Assembly: GCA_008632985.1 (NCBI GenBank)
Contig: QPGO01000006.1
Coordinates: 310,001-374,000, forward strand
From: Psammoneis japonica
Lineage: Eukaryota
Direction of reading: 5' to 3'
DNA: 64,000 bases
Both the position numbers and the translations under genes were made by a program. The notes beneath the pieces were generated by a model. That model ran no database searches, had not been told where the DNA came from, and saw only the letters and a list, made by a program, of their open reading frames with translations. This document shows positions 33,891 through 46,086 of the stretch, piece after piece. Positions within the stretch are counted from its first letter, which is position 1, and every line of letters begins with the position of its first letter.

Positions 33891-34520
33891 TACTCGTCAA
33901 CCTTATCATTTTATGAAGCACAGCACTGGTTCGACCACTACGACTCTCGCAATCCTCGGAATGTCTATTATGTTGTATACAGAAGTAAATAAACTTATGC
34001 CGATCATTGGAAAGTCATTTTATGTTTAGTATCCGAATCTGTTGCTTATATTTGATTTGAAGTGATAATACTGTTTATACATAATTTAAATTGACATATA
34101 TAAAATTCTGTGATATCATTCCTAATATTACTTATACACACATATTTTTTGCCATACTCGCTGAAAATTTCAAAATCGCCCATGCGATTTTTTTTGTACG
34201 GAAGTGGCTGTACAATTTACGTTGAAGACTAAAATTTTGGCGCGAAGCATTCGCATCGCCGGATTCGTTCGTTTTCATGCCTGCTGCCAACACAAACAAA
34301 AAAGCGTGACGGTAAGTGTTGCCAACCATGATGGCCATAGGCCTTTTGCAAGCTCAAGTGGAGGTGTTGTAAAGAGTCATATGGACTTGACATGGGGTTC
34401 ATGGATCACTGTTGCCCTTGTACGGTTGCTGAATCGACGCACATGTCGACTGCTGTGTTCTTTCTGACAAGTTCTGTTTTCTGTTTTTGTTTTGTAGAGC
34501 AGAGAAAATATCAAGTAAAT

Positions 34521-35945
34521 ATGAAATTGATTACTGCAGCCTTGGCGTTGCTGGGCGCTGCCGTCACCGAGGCAACAACAAGTAGTCTTCGTCATCATCA
34601 CAAAATGATGGACCTTCACAAGCTCAACCGCAAGACCCTACTCCGTAACGCTGTCCCCTATCATCATGGTCGTCGACTTGATCAAGAAGAAGAAGAACAA
34701 GGATATGAAATTTCGTCTCAAGAATCGATTCAATTTAGTGATTGCGTGTCTCTCAAGGTATTGAGTGATGAAATTATGAATAATAATGATGGAGACGATG
34801 GAGACGGCGATGGAAACGAAGTCAACGTTTATCAATATGCCTATGAAGGTCAGGTGATTGCACAGCAATCCTATGTGATTGTGGATGTATGCGATTCGGA
34901 CGATTGTGGATACAAGAGTGACAATAACCTCTTTGTCGTACCCTTGGCCAATTACATGCAAGCTCTTGCGGAGTATAATAAGCAAAAGGCGGAACGCTTT
35001 TGTGAAGCTTGTGAAGAAACGTGTTGGGCCGAAGAAGAAGAAGCAGCAGATGAAGAAGAAGAAGGCGATGAAGGAGAGAAGAAGAAGATGGTGGCGATGA
35101 ACGACGCAAGCTTGCCAATTATGTGGATTGTGAAGAGTGTGACGAAAAGGCCGAAATGTGCGCCGAACAGGACGAGGAGGGCGGCAATGACGATGGTGAC
35201 GCTCCCAAGGATGCCTTTGAATGGCTCGAGCAAATGTCAGAATGCCAAGAGACGGGTAGTCAGTGGAATGGCATGGACTTGTTTGCCGGATACATTTGCA
35301 ACAGTGAAGGAGATGGAGTGGAGATTGCAGTCTTTTTGGATGAAGAGTGTTCGCTCTATACCAACCAAGAGGCCTTTTCCAACGTCATGTCCAACAATGA
35401 CAAGCAATTCTTGGAAGACTCGGAAGAAATGATTTACGACGCCTTCAAGACTGCCATTTCGTGTGAGGACGTTGAATATGATAATGGCGATGGTGGTAAT
35501 GACAACAATGGCGAGGATGAAGTGAATGAGTTTTGCAAAAAAGTCATGGAGGAAGATGCACTCCCCTTGACAATTGCGGCGCCTATGGAGACGAAGCACA
35601 AGACGACAACGGCGATGGAAACGAGAATGCCGGCAATTACGATTGGTACGAATACGATCTCGACGAAGAAGCCGCCGACAATATTTACGAGGTTTGTGTT
35701 GTGATCGAAGGAATGCAGGGAGAATACAGCACTGTGTACGACAGCTCTTCTGGTGGATCTGGTAATCTTTACGACTTTCACAAGGGTGAAAAGTCCTCAG
35801 GTGGCGGAGGAAAGGTCTTTTTGATTCTCTTGCTCATTGCGGCTGTTGCTGGAATTGCATACTACATGCTTGTCCTCCAGAAGAACAAGGGACAGACTCC
35901 AAGAAGGAGCCTCTCACCAGGAAGGATGGTGGTGCCATGGCGTAA
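34521..35945 (+). CDS. Silicanin-like type I membrane protein, frameshifted
   Basis: Signal peptide MKLITAALALL, RRL motif, acidic Cys-spaced luminal domain (FSDCVSL, FCEAC, ICN..G.GVEIAVFLDEEC), C-terminal TM and a short basic tail ending GGAMA. Paralogous to 40730-42142. Confidence 0.7.
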
Positions 35946-36059
35946 AATGACAACATCGCAGCTGTAAACCACCCGTGAGACTGGTGTTGTGGACTAGTCA
36001 CGTTAACTTTTGTAGTTTCATTATATCTCATATGTTAGTATTCATCATATTACGTTTGA

Positions 36060-36120
36060 TTTTCTAGAGAAAGTGTAGCTAGCTAGCTACTAGCTCTAGA
36101 GAGAGTCTAGAGACCTAGCC
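36060..36120. repeat. CTAG/TAG-rich intergenic tract
   Basis: TCTAGAGAAAGTGTAGCTAGCTAGCTACTAGCTCTAGAGAGAGTCTAGAGACCTAG. Confidence 0.75.
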
Positions 36121-36557
36121 CTTGTATTGTATGGTAAAGTTTACTACAGCATGGTAGAGAGGATCTGAAGAACCTTCGGACTATCGGAGTACAGTACATT
36201 GCGGCTTGATTGTCGGCAAACAGAGCGAGTTGAGAGGGCGTCATCGCGAGGGTGCTGCGTGCTATCGTACCTACTGCGGCGCCGTTGGTCTCCGCCGCGA
36301 ACATTCGGACAAGCGTACTGTAGGGTACTTTACAAGGACGGGCGGACGGTCTTCTGCGCGAGGTGCGTGTTGTGCGTGAGAAAAAGCGCGCGAAAACCAG
36401 AAGGTGCGAAAGTTCAACCACCCAAGCGTTTCCTCTTTGGCGCAAGCTGGAACACATCTTGAACATAAAATATGTTATTGACTCCATCTGTGTCCTTGAT
36501 CTCTCCTGCTTTTTGATTCCTACATCCTTAGTACAATTCTCTGTGTTTGCTTGAACC

Positions 36558-38172
36558 ATGTCGGAGGATGACTTGTTACCATGGACGACTGTAGTAGCTG
36601 CCGCTGTCGCAGCCGTGGCGGGTGTTTCCTTGTCTGTTTTCAGTTGGACGTGATGTCTCGTTTTTTATTGAATCCCTTGCGATTGCAGTCGAAACGGCAC
36701 TCGGAATACAAGTACCGTTGGACGAAATACTTGGAAAAGGCTATATTTTTCAAACGCAAGCAATACAATTTTTTCAATGATACAGAACAAGAACAGTTGC
36801 GTATGGATATTGTCGACGAAAAGCTCGAACTGCAAAAATTGATTCAAGAAATCGTTTCGTTGGATGGGAGTACGTTTGATATTGTAGCGATTGAAAAATC
36901 CAAGGAATTCGCACAAGGATACAATGTTGATTTTGTGTTTGAGCAAAAGAAATACCAAGCTCCGTTGGTGGACTTTGGATTGGAACTGGACCGTATCATG
37001 CAAGACAAGCTCACATCGACGGCGTTTTGCATTGTCGCCGATGCAAGTTCAGGATACGGTTCGGAACTCATCACGACGCTAGTCAAGAACGATTTGAGTG
37101 ATATTGTGGTAAGCTGTGCAACAAATGGCTTTTTATGGATGCTTCTCTACTACTTTTTCTTTCTCTTACAATTCTCCTTTTTTTGCTTCAGTCGATTGTT
37201 CCGCCAGAGTCGTCTACGTTTTGGATGACGCTACTGGCCGATCTTGCCGCCAACAATGAGGTTTCTAAACAACACCTCGAACGCATCTTGTATGGTCTTT
37301 GTCGACTCGAGGCGTTGCGGTTTCATACCAAAGCTCGGACGGTTCTTTTTGAAATTCCTGGACAAGCCTGTGTCCCACAACTCTTGCCCCTGTTGCAGCA
37401 AGCCTTTCCCTGTGAACGACATTTATTCATTTACAGTGGTTGCGTATCGGCAGTCAAGTATGAACAGTCGCATCATCAGACGTCGTCCCGTAGTCGAGTC
37501 TTGACATCGACACCCATGTCTGTTTTGAAATTGCGTGGTTTGCCCGAGGCTCTAGCCAAACTGCCACTCCATCATGCCGATACGGTCGAAACATGGATGA
37601 CGGCCGTGGATGCGTATTTCAAGCTCAAGGACAATGAAAAGAAAAACAATTATCTACCCTTTTGTTGCAAACTGGATAATCTGATGGGCGGTAGCAATAC
37701 TACCACACAAGAATTGGCCTTGACCAATGTGTTGCAATTCATTACGGGATCCAAATCAAGGCCGCTGTCGGAACAACTTGTCGACGCTGCCATGGAGACC
37801 TTGCGAAGCTTTATTGAAACGCACACCTCTACTACTAACGCTGGAGTCAATCAGGTCAATGTTCAAAATTGTGTATTCAATCACAAGTCCATTTTGATTG
37901 AAAACAAAACCTTGGTGGATACCGTGACGCCCAGCAAAGAGTGGACACTCAAGTCGGCCAAGCGTATATCTGGGTGTCTGTGTTGTGCTCCCGAAGAAGA
38001 AGAAGACGAGGAAGAACAGCAGCAAGGCATGAATAACACCAATTATGTGGATGGAAAGAATACATTTGCCTTTGACCCAAACAATATTGGTGCAGCAGCC
38101 ACTACGACAAAGAAACGACCCAACTATGTCGATGGAAAGACCACATTTGCGTTTGATCCGAGCAAATTCTAA
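36558..38172 (+). CDS. Hypothetical protein with an N-terminal TM and a duplicated C-terminal peptide
   Basis: ATG at 36558 (MSEDDLLPWTTVVAAAV), early frameshift into ORF 36581-37228, intron at about 37109-37190 (GTAAGC..CAG), then ORF 37135-38172. Confidence 0.7.
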
Positions 38173-38284
38173 TAACATTTTTAAAAGATTGTATTTGTAG
38201 CCTTTCAGAACCTAAGGAGTCGTCAGCTCTTACGATCTTTGCGTGCGTACAACATTGTTGGCGCGAGATTGCGTTCTGTCTGGC

Positions 38285-39715
38285 TCATGGTTGAGTTGTA
38301 CCGTCGTTTACACTGAGCATGAAGCTTCCATTCGCGTCTTCGTAAGGATCATCATCAGCACCTTCTGTTACGGCAGCTGGTTCAGGAGCATCGTCTGAAC
38401 TACCAGCCAAATATCCGACACCTGCTCCGACGGCTGCCGCTAATGCAACGCCCGTTCCAGTTCCCGCCTCACCCAACATGCTACCAATAGCTGCACCAAT
38501 GCTGGCCTCGTCCGTTGCTGACGTTAATAGGCCCACCGCCATGCCTTTGGCACTGGCTCCAACTTGTGGGTTATTCAGTGCGTCTTCCACGGCATCACTG
38601 ATTACGTCTGGTACTAGAGCGCTCGTTGCATTCTCGATGTTAGAAAAAGCAACTTCAACCGCGTCGCTGACGGCCTCGACAGCGTCCGACACTGAATCTG
38701 GAACGAGCGCATTCGTCACGTCCTCGAGCAGTACCGCATCCGTGGCACGGTTGACGGCCCCCGCATTCACCGGCATGACTGTAACCACTCGCTCTCCCTC
38801 TCGATCAATTGCAAAAGACGTTTCATAAACAACGATATTAGAGGGAGATGCCGCAGGTGTCGTTGACCCACCAATGGAGGATAGTATACAGTCCAACAGA
38901 GGCTGGCACAGCACACAAAGGGAATTTGCCATTCGGGTGCACAACCAGAAACTGAAAGAATTGTGTCGGTAGCCAGAAGAGATAGGAGCGTCTTATAGCG
39001 GCACGAAAAGGGCCTGCGCTCGTGCCACGATCTTTTTGAAATCTAAGCCGCCCATAGCTCCAGTTACAGCAAAGAACAGAGGCATGTAGAAAGTAGGAAC
39101 AACAACAAATTGGTTCAAGACTACTTTGGCTGCCGCCAGCGTAGCGTCCGATGGTGGGTCCTGTAGTCGAGAGAAAATGTCTTCAATTTGTGCACGTATG
39201 TCAAAGTACTCCCACCAGTCCTCCTTCTGGATAAAGTTCATGATCTCTATTCTCTTTTCTGCAGGATGTCCCCATATTCCAATGTTCTCGCCCCAATCCA
39301 AAATGTGATTGTTTAAGAAATCGAACCAAAAATGCTGAAAAAGACCTGTATACATTGCGCCAAATAGCAAAAACGCCGCACCGCGTTTTGAATCATACTC
39401 AAAGGATTTATTTTCGTTCCGATTGGACTGATACTGCGCTACAAAATCTCCCGTAGATGCCAGAATAGCTGCCGTAATGGACTTTGTTGTGACAGGATTT
39501 GCCCTTAGCAGCGACGAGTACGACTGCAGAAGTGATGATACCACAGAGCCGTGGTGAGTAGGCATAGCATTTACCATGTCGTGTGGAATCATGAGACTAT
39601 TCAACTGCTGCGCATTGGCTTGACGACGGTGCGGCATGCGAGGCCCCGTCACAAATGCTGCCTTTGCACATGGCGAAAGAAGCAAGATGGTGCTGAATAC
39701 GAACGAATATCTCAT
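38285..39715 (-). CDS. Mpv17/PMP22 family protein, probably plastid-targeted, frameshifted
   Basis: Signal peptide ending AKA-AF; YSSLLRANPVTTKSITAAILASTGDFVAQ and AAKVVLNQFVV. Continues across frameshifts (YLFWLPTQFFQF..WQIPFVC) into ORF 38285-38944. Confidence 0.82.
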
Positions 39716-40729
39716 TGCTCTTAGGAAAAAGTTATTATAAATGCTTTCGTAAGTGTCGAGATCAACTATTGTGCTGGTGTCTGAAGCCATGTTCAAGTCA
39801 GCATTCGTTCTTTCTCTCGTTCCCTTCAACATCCAACGGTTTTTCGACTCTTCTGTCTTCGGAAGAAGGATGAGCAAAAAAACATCAACGAATCAGACGA
39901 AGGAACAGCGCAGATCGGCATTTTTGAGTCGTGACGATAATTAAGTATTGGCGTTTTCATTCGTGGTTGTGAGTCTTGTCGCTTGTCGGGACCGCCAGCA
40001 TGCACATTATTCTATCGGTGCCGTGCCAAAGAGCCAGTTCTGGAGAATAGCGGAGCTTGCGAAAAAATCATGATCGACATGAAATTGTCACAGCAACATA
40101 CATTTTTCCATTCTACAGTATCCACATGGTTGTCATGCGCATTTTTCAGCCTTGGCAACTGACATCCATGTCGGCGTTGACGCTTCTTCCCATTGTCCCT
40201 GTGGGTGAGACCTCACCGTATGCAGCTGTAAGTGGGCGACTGTTTCCTGACAACGGATTCCACGGGATCTTCAAGGTAGAAGGATCAAGATTGATGGCCT
40301 TGATTTGAAAGCGAAACTGCTCCACCGAGGCGTTGTAAAACGCAATCTAGAAAACAACGCTTCGTCTGTCTGCGAAACGCAGGCTCGCAGCTGTCGCAGA
40401 GCGACGATCTGAAATCCAAAGCATCAAATATGGTGGCTCAACTAAAGAGTGTAAGAGGTCAATGGGGTGGTCTCTCAAGTTTGATGCAAACTTAAAACAA
40501 CTTTGGTTTGGTGCAAAGCATGGACCGACTCTTGGAAGCTTCGAAACAACTCGTACATAATCATGGTAGAAAGACTACCTAAAACGGAGGAGCGCCCCGT
40601 TTCGATTTCGCATGCCGCGGAGTATCAAATTAGCTAGCACAGCACATGATACATAACATTTTAATACTTGAAAGTGTACCTAAAGTAACAATAACATCCA
40701 CAACATGATCATGTGACCACTACCATATT

Positions 40730-42142
40730 CTAAGCCAAGGCTCCACCCTGGTTCTTCGTAAGAGGTTCAGCCTTGCTATCCTTCTTGTCCTTCCCAAGAG
40801 CCTTGACAGCAAACACAGCCGCCACTGCAACGAGTGCGACGAGAACAATAATGCCGATAATCTTTCCAGCAGTGGCAGCACCCGAGGCCGATGACTTCTC
40901 CGAGCCCTCGTAACGCGTCCAGTCGTAGTGGTGACCGGAGGTAGTTTCATCAAAGTCAGAGCCAGCAGCCTCGCCCTCGAATTCCTGGAGGAACTTGCAA
41001 ACGTCCTCAATATCTTCAATCTGTTCAGCGTCAATATCATAATCATACCAGGCATAGTTTGCTTGGTTTCCGCCATTGTTGTTATCGTCCTGGTCGTTAC
41101 CATCGTACGCACAGGTTTCAAGGTCAACGGCATTCTCCATAAGCTGACCGCAGATTTCGTTGGCTTCCTCCTCGTCGTAGTTGTTGCCGTCCTCCTCTGC
41201 ACCGTACTCATCATACTCAACGTCGGCAGCACAGTCGGTGTCGTTCAACACGGTGTACATCACATACTCTTCCGCCAACGCATACAATTGCTTGTCTTCG
41301 TAGTCCACAATGTTGTCAAAGTTCTCCTGAGTGTAGTAGACGCCGCAGTCGTCATCCAAAAAGACAGCGACCTCGATACCGGATCCGTCGTTGTTACACA
41401 TGAAACCACCGTTAAGATTCATCTCGTTACCTTGGCTGTTGTAAATGACAGATTCGGTTTGCACACATTGAGACATTTCCTCGATCCATCCCACGACGTC
41501 TTCGTCACCGACATACCCATCTCCGTCTTGATCTTCGTTGTAGCAACCCTGGGCGAAGCACTTGTTACAGTTAATGTAGTTGGCGAGACGACGTTCGTCA
41601 CCCTCTTCATCCGCATCTCCCTCGCCATCCTGGTCTTCATTACCATCAGCTTGTTGGTCTTGATCCGGGTTGCAAAACTCTTCGTTTTGCTGACAGGCTT
41701 CGCAGAAGGCTTCCTTCTTGGCAGGAATGTACGCAGCAAGAGTAGCGACATACTCGCCCAACTCCACCATGTACAACATCTCCTCGCCTTCGTATCCGCA
41801 GTAGCCGGTCTGGCAAACGTTGAAAATGACAAAGGACTTCTGCCCAATCGCAGTGCCGGCGTACGCAAACTCGTAAATGTCCTCATCAAAGAGATTTTCG
41901 TCGTTGGTACGGAGCGACACACAACTATCAAAAGAGATGGAGTGGTATGGTTGGATTTCAAATTCTTGATTTTCGAGCTGACGTTCTGGAATGGGCTCTC
42001 CCTGCCTGTTGACGCGAACGGCAGTCTTCATGAGTGCCTCCTTGTTGACCACAGTGTTCTTAGCGAGAAGCTTGTGCAAGGACTTGGCGGAGGCCGTGCT
42101 AGCGAGCATGAGCCCAGACAGGGCTGCAGAGAGAAACTTCAT
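40730..42142 (-). CDS. Silicanin-like type I membrane protein (intact)
   Basis: MKFLSAALSGLMLASTASA signal peptide, RQL and RRL motifs, D/E/N-rich Cys-spaced domain, TM IIGIIVLVALVAVAAVFAV, and a basic tail ending GGALA. Confidence 0.75.
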   Translation of the reverse strand: MKFLSAALSGLMLASTASAKSLHKLLAKNTVVNKEALMKTAVRVNRQGEPIPERQLENQEFEIQPYHSISFDSCVSLRTNDENLFDEDIYEFAYAGTAIGQKSFVIFNVCQTGYCGYEGEEMLYMVELGEYVATLAAYIPAKKEAFCEACQQNEEFCNPDQDQQADGNEDQDGEGDADEEGDERRLANYINCNKCFAQGCYNEDQDGDGYVGDEDVVGWIEEMSQCVQTESVIYNSQGNEMNLNGGFMCNNDGSGIEVAVFLDDDCGVYYTQENFDNIVDYEDKQLYALAEEYVMYTVLNDTDCAADVEYDEYGAEEDGNNYDEEEANEICGQLMENAVDLETCAYDGNDQDDNNNGGNQANYAWYDYDIDAEQIEDIEDVCKFLQEFEGEAAGSDFDETTSGHHYDWTRYEGSEKSSASGAATAGKIIGIIVLVALVAVAAVFAVKALGKDKKDSKAEPLTKNQGGALA

Positions 42143-43044
42143 GGTTGTAATACCTAAACCTAAAAAGCCAACAAAACAAGCACAACAGTGAGTCAAAAGT
42201 CAATTCCAAGAGTAAATAAAGATAAAAATGAGCGAAATCGACTAATTCGATTGTATCGCATTCAGAACTCCAAGCGAAAACAAGAGCGGACGCCAATAAG
42301 AACTGTTGTGAACACCCTCGTCACCCCTACTCCATGAAACCGCACTTATGAACGACACATAAGCCTTACACAGCGGTTGATTCCTCCATATGCTTACGGT
42401 ATGACCCGTAGCGACACGAGATTCATTCGTAAGGTACGGACAAAAAAGATACCAATGGCCACACCGTCAAACGCACTATCTCGTCGTCGTCACGAGGGAC
42501 TGAAGCAACGCTCTTCCTAAACAGCATACACAACAAATATACGCACACAAGGCTCCACCAAAGGCGGGCGGTTGGCGTCGTCATGGTCAACAACACACAC
42601 AGGTACTCACGCTTCTTCGTTCAGCACACGGTTTGCGATTGTGAGTCCGTTGATGGAATTTTGTTAGATGTCTCCACGATAATTTTGGCGATTGAGCGTT
42701 GATTTTCACAATCGAAAAGATTCGTGAATGAAGGACATGAATAAGGAAACACACACAGAGTGATTCAAATTCAATTGTAAACGTAATCGAATAACGCATA
42801 AAAAAATTAGAGAGTTCCTCGAGAATGCCGTCCAATCAATTTCGCCGAAAAAAGCCACTACGAATTAAATAGGCAAAATAAATAGCATTGTTCGATACTG
42901 CCGTTAATGTTCGTACTAACGTTGAATGTTGATAAAAAGATGCATTGGTTTCGGCCATTCTTGAAAATGGCGCTCATAATTTCAAACGTGGGCCTTTTGG
43001 GCCTGTGCCTCACGCTGTTTCGGTTTCGGGAATACCTGTCATGT

Positions 43045-43140
43045 TACGCTCTCTCTAGCTAGAGGACTAGAAGAGCCCTAGAGAGTATCCCTATACTCAA
43101 TACTAACTAGTACTCCTTAGGCTCTTCGTAGGTCTAGAGA
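43045..43140. repeat. CTAG/TAG-rich intergenic tract
   Basis: CTCTCTAGCTAGAGGACTAGAAGAGCCCTAGAGAGTATCCCTATACTCAATACTAACTAGTAC. Confidence 0.7.
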
Positions 43141-43787
43141 CGCTGAGGCGACAGCTCGAGCTCAGCAGCAAGTGCCTGTGGTGCTATTGTGACTACTGTA
43201 TTACACCCTGTAAATCTGGAGTTGAGCCTAGTTTAGTTTCAAAGTCGTCCCGCACTGTAGATTTCGCAAAACTATAGACGAAATAAGAACTATAGCAGAC
43301 TCCACTTTAATAGTCAGAGAGAAATACCCATATTCCACTCTCTACATGCCCATAGAGACTCTTAAGTAGCGAGGACCAACTCACCGTAGAGCACGAACTC
43401 ATCATGGACCCCCATTGTATTGCCTACTAGAGTTGCTTCGATGGCAATTTTTCCTATGTAGTTTCAGTAGACCTCTGGTCGAGACTTGAAGAACAACCTA
43501 GTAGTTGCGCATTACCGTAGTACGATCGGTGTAGTTTGCTGTAGGGTAGTTGGATATTATCTCTACCTCTTTCGAGTCAGAGAAAGGACAAATAATAGGA
43601 TGCATCATACCACAATGCTGTCTAGTTGTGACACAGTAGTACTAGCCAATCATCTGTGATCAAACGGTCATTCCATTACTTTTCACAAGTAGCTAACAGT
43701 TCTTCATCTCTAAAAATGTCTTGGTAGCCGCCATGTAACCTCTCTAGATATTCATGCAGCATCGGTGTACGCATCATTCCTCTAGCT

Positions 43788-45587
43788 TCAGTTCACATTC
43801 ATCCAAGCTGTTGGCATCATATCATCTGGAATCATCATGGAGTGTCGAAATGTGGACTGCATTTGATGATCTCGCGTATAGGGAGAGTCCTCAAAGTAAA
43901 AGGCATCGCTTGGCAAACCAAACACCACTCCCAGTAAAACTTCGGACGAGGTATCCTGCTGGCTCTCGTGTTTTCGCTGAATGACTTCTGCATTGTACAA
44001 GTACTTTCCGTCTTTATCCTTGTATCGACCGACAATGCGTACCAAATGAAAATCCACATTTTCTCTGCCCGAAATAGAGACTCCTGCCATATTCACGTAG
44101 GGGCCATAAACCCAAATCTTCATTGAGGGTGGGTAGTAAGGATACTCGGTGTTGAGCCAAAACGTGGCGTCCGGGTCGTCCGTCAATTCCATTCCCGAGG
44201 TATAGCGGTCGGCGTCCTTGGGTGGTTTCCAATTTTTGATATGATTATTCCATGCGGTTTCCCACTCGTTCCCATAATCAATCAGAACCTCCTCTCCTTG
44301 TTGGATATCTCGTAAAGCGACATAGTCAAACATGAGTCCGGCATATCCCTTTTTCGCCATTTTGTCCACAGTCAAGTTCATCCATTCGGGATGTGGTGAC
44401 AAGTCGGACCAAACAATACGAGCATTGGGATTCTTGGATGAGTGATTAATGAGATTTGTCATTGCTCCATACGAATTGAGCAACATGGTAGAGTTGCTAT
44501 GACCAAAGCAATAATTCAACAACAGTTGCTTCCTTATTGCCCCCCTGGCCAAATCTCGCTCTTGTACGTCACCTTTATCAATAAAACCGTAAATGTCCAA
44601 ACGGTGTGCTTGAGGAATGTGAATCAATGGAGCGGGTGCGACCAAGCCACCCTTGGGGATGAATCGAGTTGCAAAGGCTCCACGACCGGCTTGGGGTATC
44701 TCTGACAGACCCGGCCGGATATTGTCCATACACTTGCCATTCTCTTCCAACCACTCAATCGAGTGAAAGCTACGGTTGTAATCCAAATAGGCGGTTCCCG
44801 TTTCAGCGACATAACCAACATGCGAGAAGTTGGCTGGTAGCGCATTAAGGACACGAGAAGTTTTTCCAGCAGAAAGCTTGTTGGAGGTCAAGTCCCAGAG
44901 AGACTCAATGAGCTTGGATGTGGTAGTTTCAGAAGCTGACGCTAGGACACCGGAGATCTGCAATTTCTTTTCCAAGTCAAGAAACTTGTGGATAATCGTG
45001 TCGGCCTTTACAAAATCTTTCTCGAACGGAATGTATCCATAATGTCTATTCCTAGTCCTAAAGTAATGCGACCCGTACGAGACAAACAGTTCTTCTCCCT
45101 TTTGAATATCACGTGTTGCAATGGATGTGCGACCATGATAGGGAGTGAAGGCCCCGATACCTGGATCTTTGGAACGATGCAATCCTGCGTAATTGCTGGA
45201 CGTGTAACCGCCATCCACATTGACTAGAGGCAAGAGCGAATTCATGGCGGCACCCAGACCAAAACTGGCCATGGACAGGTCATCGGGATCATCGGTTTCT
45301 TCGTCCGCAAAATCAAATTGCCCTGAATGCCAAGTGTAGTCGTCCCACACAAATTGCCAGTCATCAGTATGTCCGTTATTCCAATCAACCTCTTCCAAGG
45401 GCACCATCAAATCGCCGTCTAAAACCTCGTCGCCATGGCGATAGGCGCGACCTGCAAACATGCCAAGGCCCGCGTTGGGGATTGTGGATTTGGCTAGATA
45501 AACGCCGCATTCTTGAGACTGAGCAGCGGCGTTTGATGAGTATATCAGGAAACTTAGTAACATCAATGACTGAAACGACGGCATCAT
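43788..45587 (-). CDS. Secretory-pathway protein with two SET-like domains (diatom-type methyltransferase)
   Basis: Signal peptide; first domain STIPNAGLGMFAG...ATRDIQKGEELFVSYG; second domain SEIPQAGRGAFA...LINHS...ALRDIQQGEEVLIDYG. Confidence 0.88.
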   Translation of the reverse strand: MMPSFQSLMLLSFLIYSSNAAAQSQECGVYLAKSTIPNAGLGMFAGRAYRHGDEVLDGDLMVPLEEVDWNNGHTDDWQFVWDDYTWHSGQFDFADEETDDPDDLSMASFGLGAAMNSLLPLVNVDGGYTSSNYAGLHRSKDPGIGAFTPYHGRTSIATRDIQKGEELFVSYGSHYFRTRNRHYGYIPFEKDFVKADTIIHKFLDLEKKLQISGVLASASETTTSKLIESLWDLTSNKLSAGKTSRVLNALPANFSHVGYVAETGTAYLDYNRSFHSIEWLEENGKCMDNIRPGLSEIPQAGRGAFATRFIPKGGLVAPAPLIHIPQAHRLDIYGFIDKGDVQERDLARGAIRKQLLLNYCFGHSNSTMLLNSYGAMTNLINHSSKNPNARIVWSDLSPHPEWMNLTVDKMAKKGYAGLMFDYVALRDIQQGEEVLIDYGNEWETAWNNHIKNWKPPKDADRYTSGMELTDDPDATFWLNTEYPYYPPSMKIWVYGPYVNMAGVSISGRENVDFHLVRIVGRYKDKDGKYLYNAEVIQRKHESQQDTSSEVLLGVVFGLPSDAFYFEDSPYTRDHQMQSTFRHSMMIPDDMMPTAWMNVN

Positions 45588-46086
45588 TGATGGTATGGTG
45601 GTGCTTCAGAGCAAATGATTGATGTCCTGCTGAGATTCTTCACACTCTTCACCCATCTCACATGCCTACCGTAGAAATGCACAACTCGCATCTCGCATGG
45701 CTTTTCAAAACGAAGTCGTTTTCAACGTCAAAAAGATCTGGCAGCTGGCAGCAACGGAAAGATCGTTCTGGCGACAAACCGTTATTATTATACTAGTGAT
45801 TATATACATTCATATATAATGGTTTTTCTATTAATTTTGGAATTTTGGTTCGTGCCGGCTCGTGAAGTTGCGACAGCGCTCCGTCCATCGCAAATTTGGC
45901 ATTCTTTTTCTCCATCATCCATCACCAATCACCATTCACCAACCACAGAGGCTTTCATGCAGTACGTATGAGCTGTCATCTCATTGAAAGGCTTTCGCGT
46001 AACAGTCTCACTGTTTAAAGATACCTCGGTGCAGCACCTGGCATCACTTCTGACCGAGGCCTCCAGCTAGAAACCAGTGTCAAAAA

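Noticed and set aside
40928..42157. 409-aa plus-strand ORF
   Set aside because: Antisense shadow of the silicanin-like gene, caused by its codon bias.
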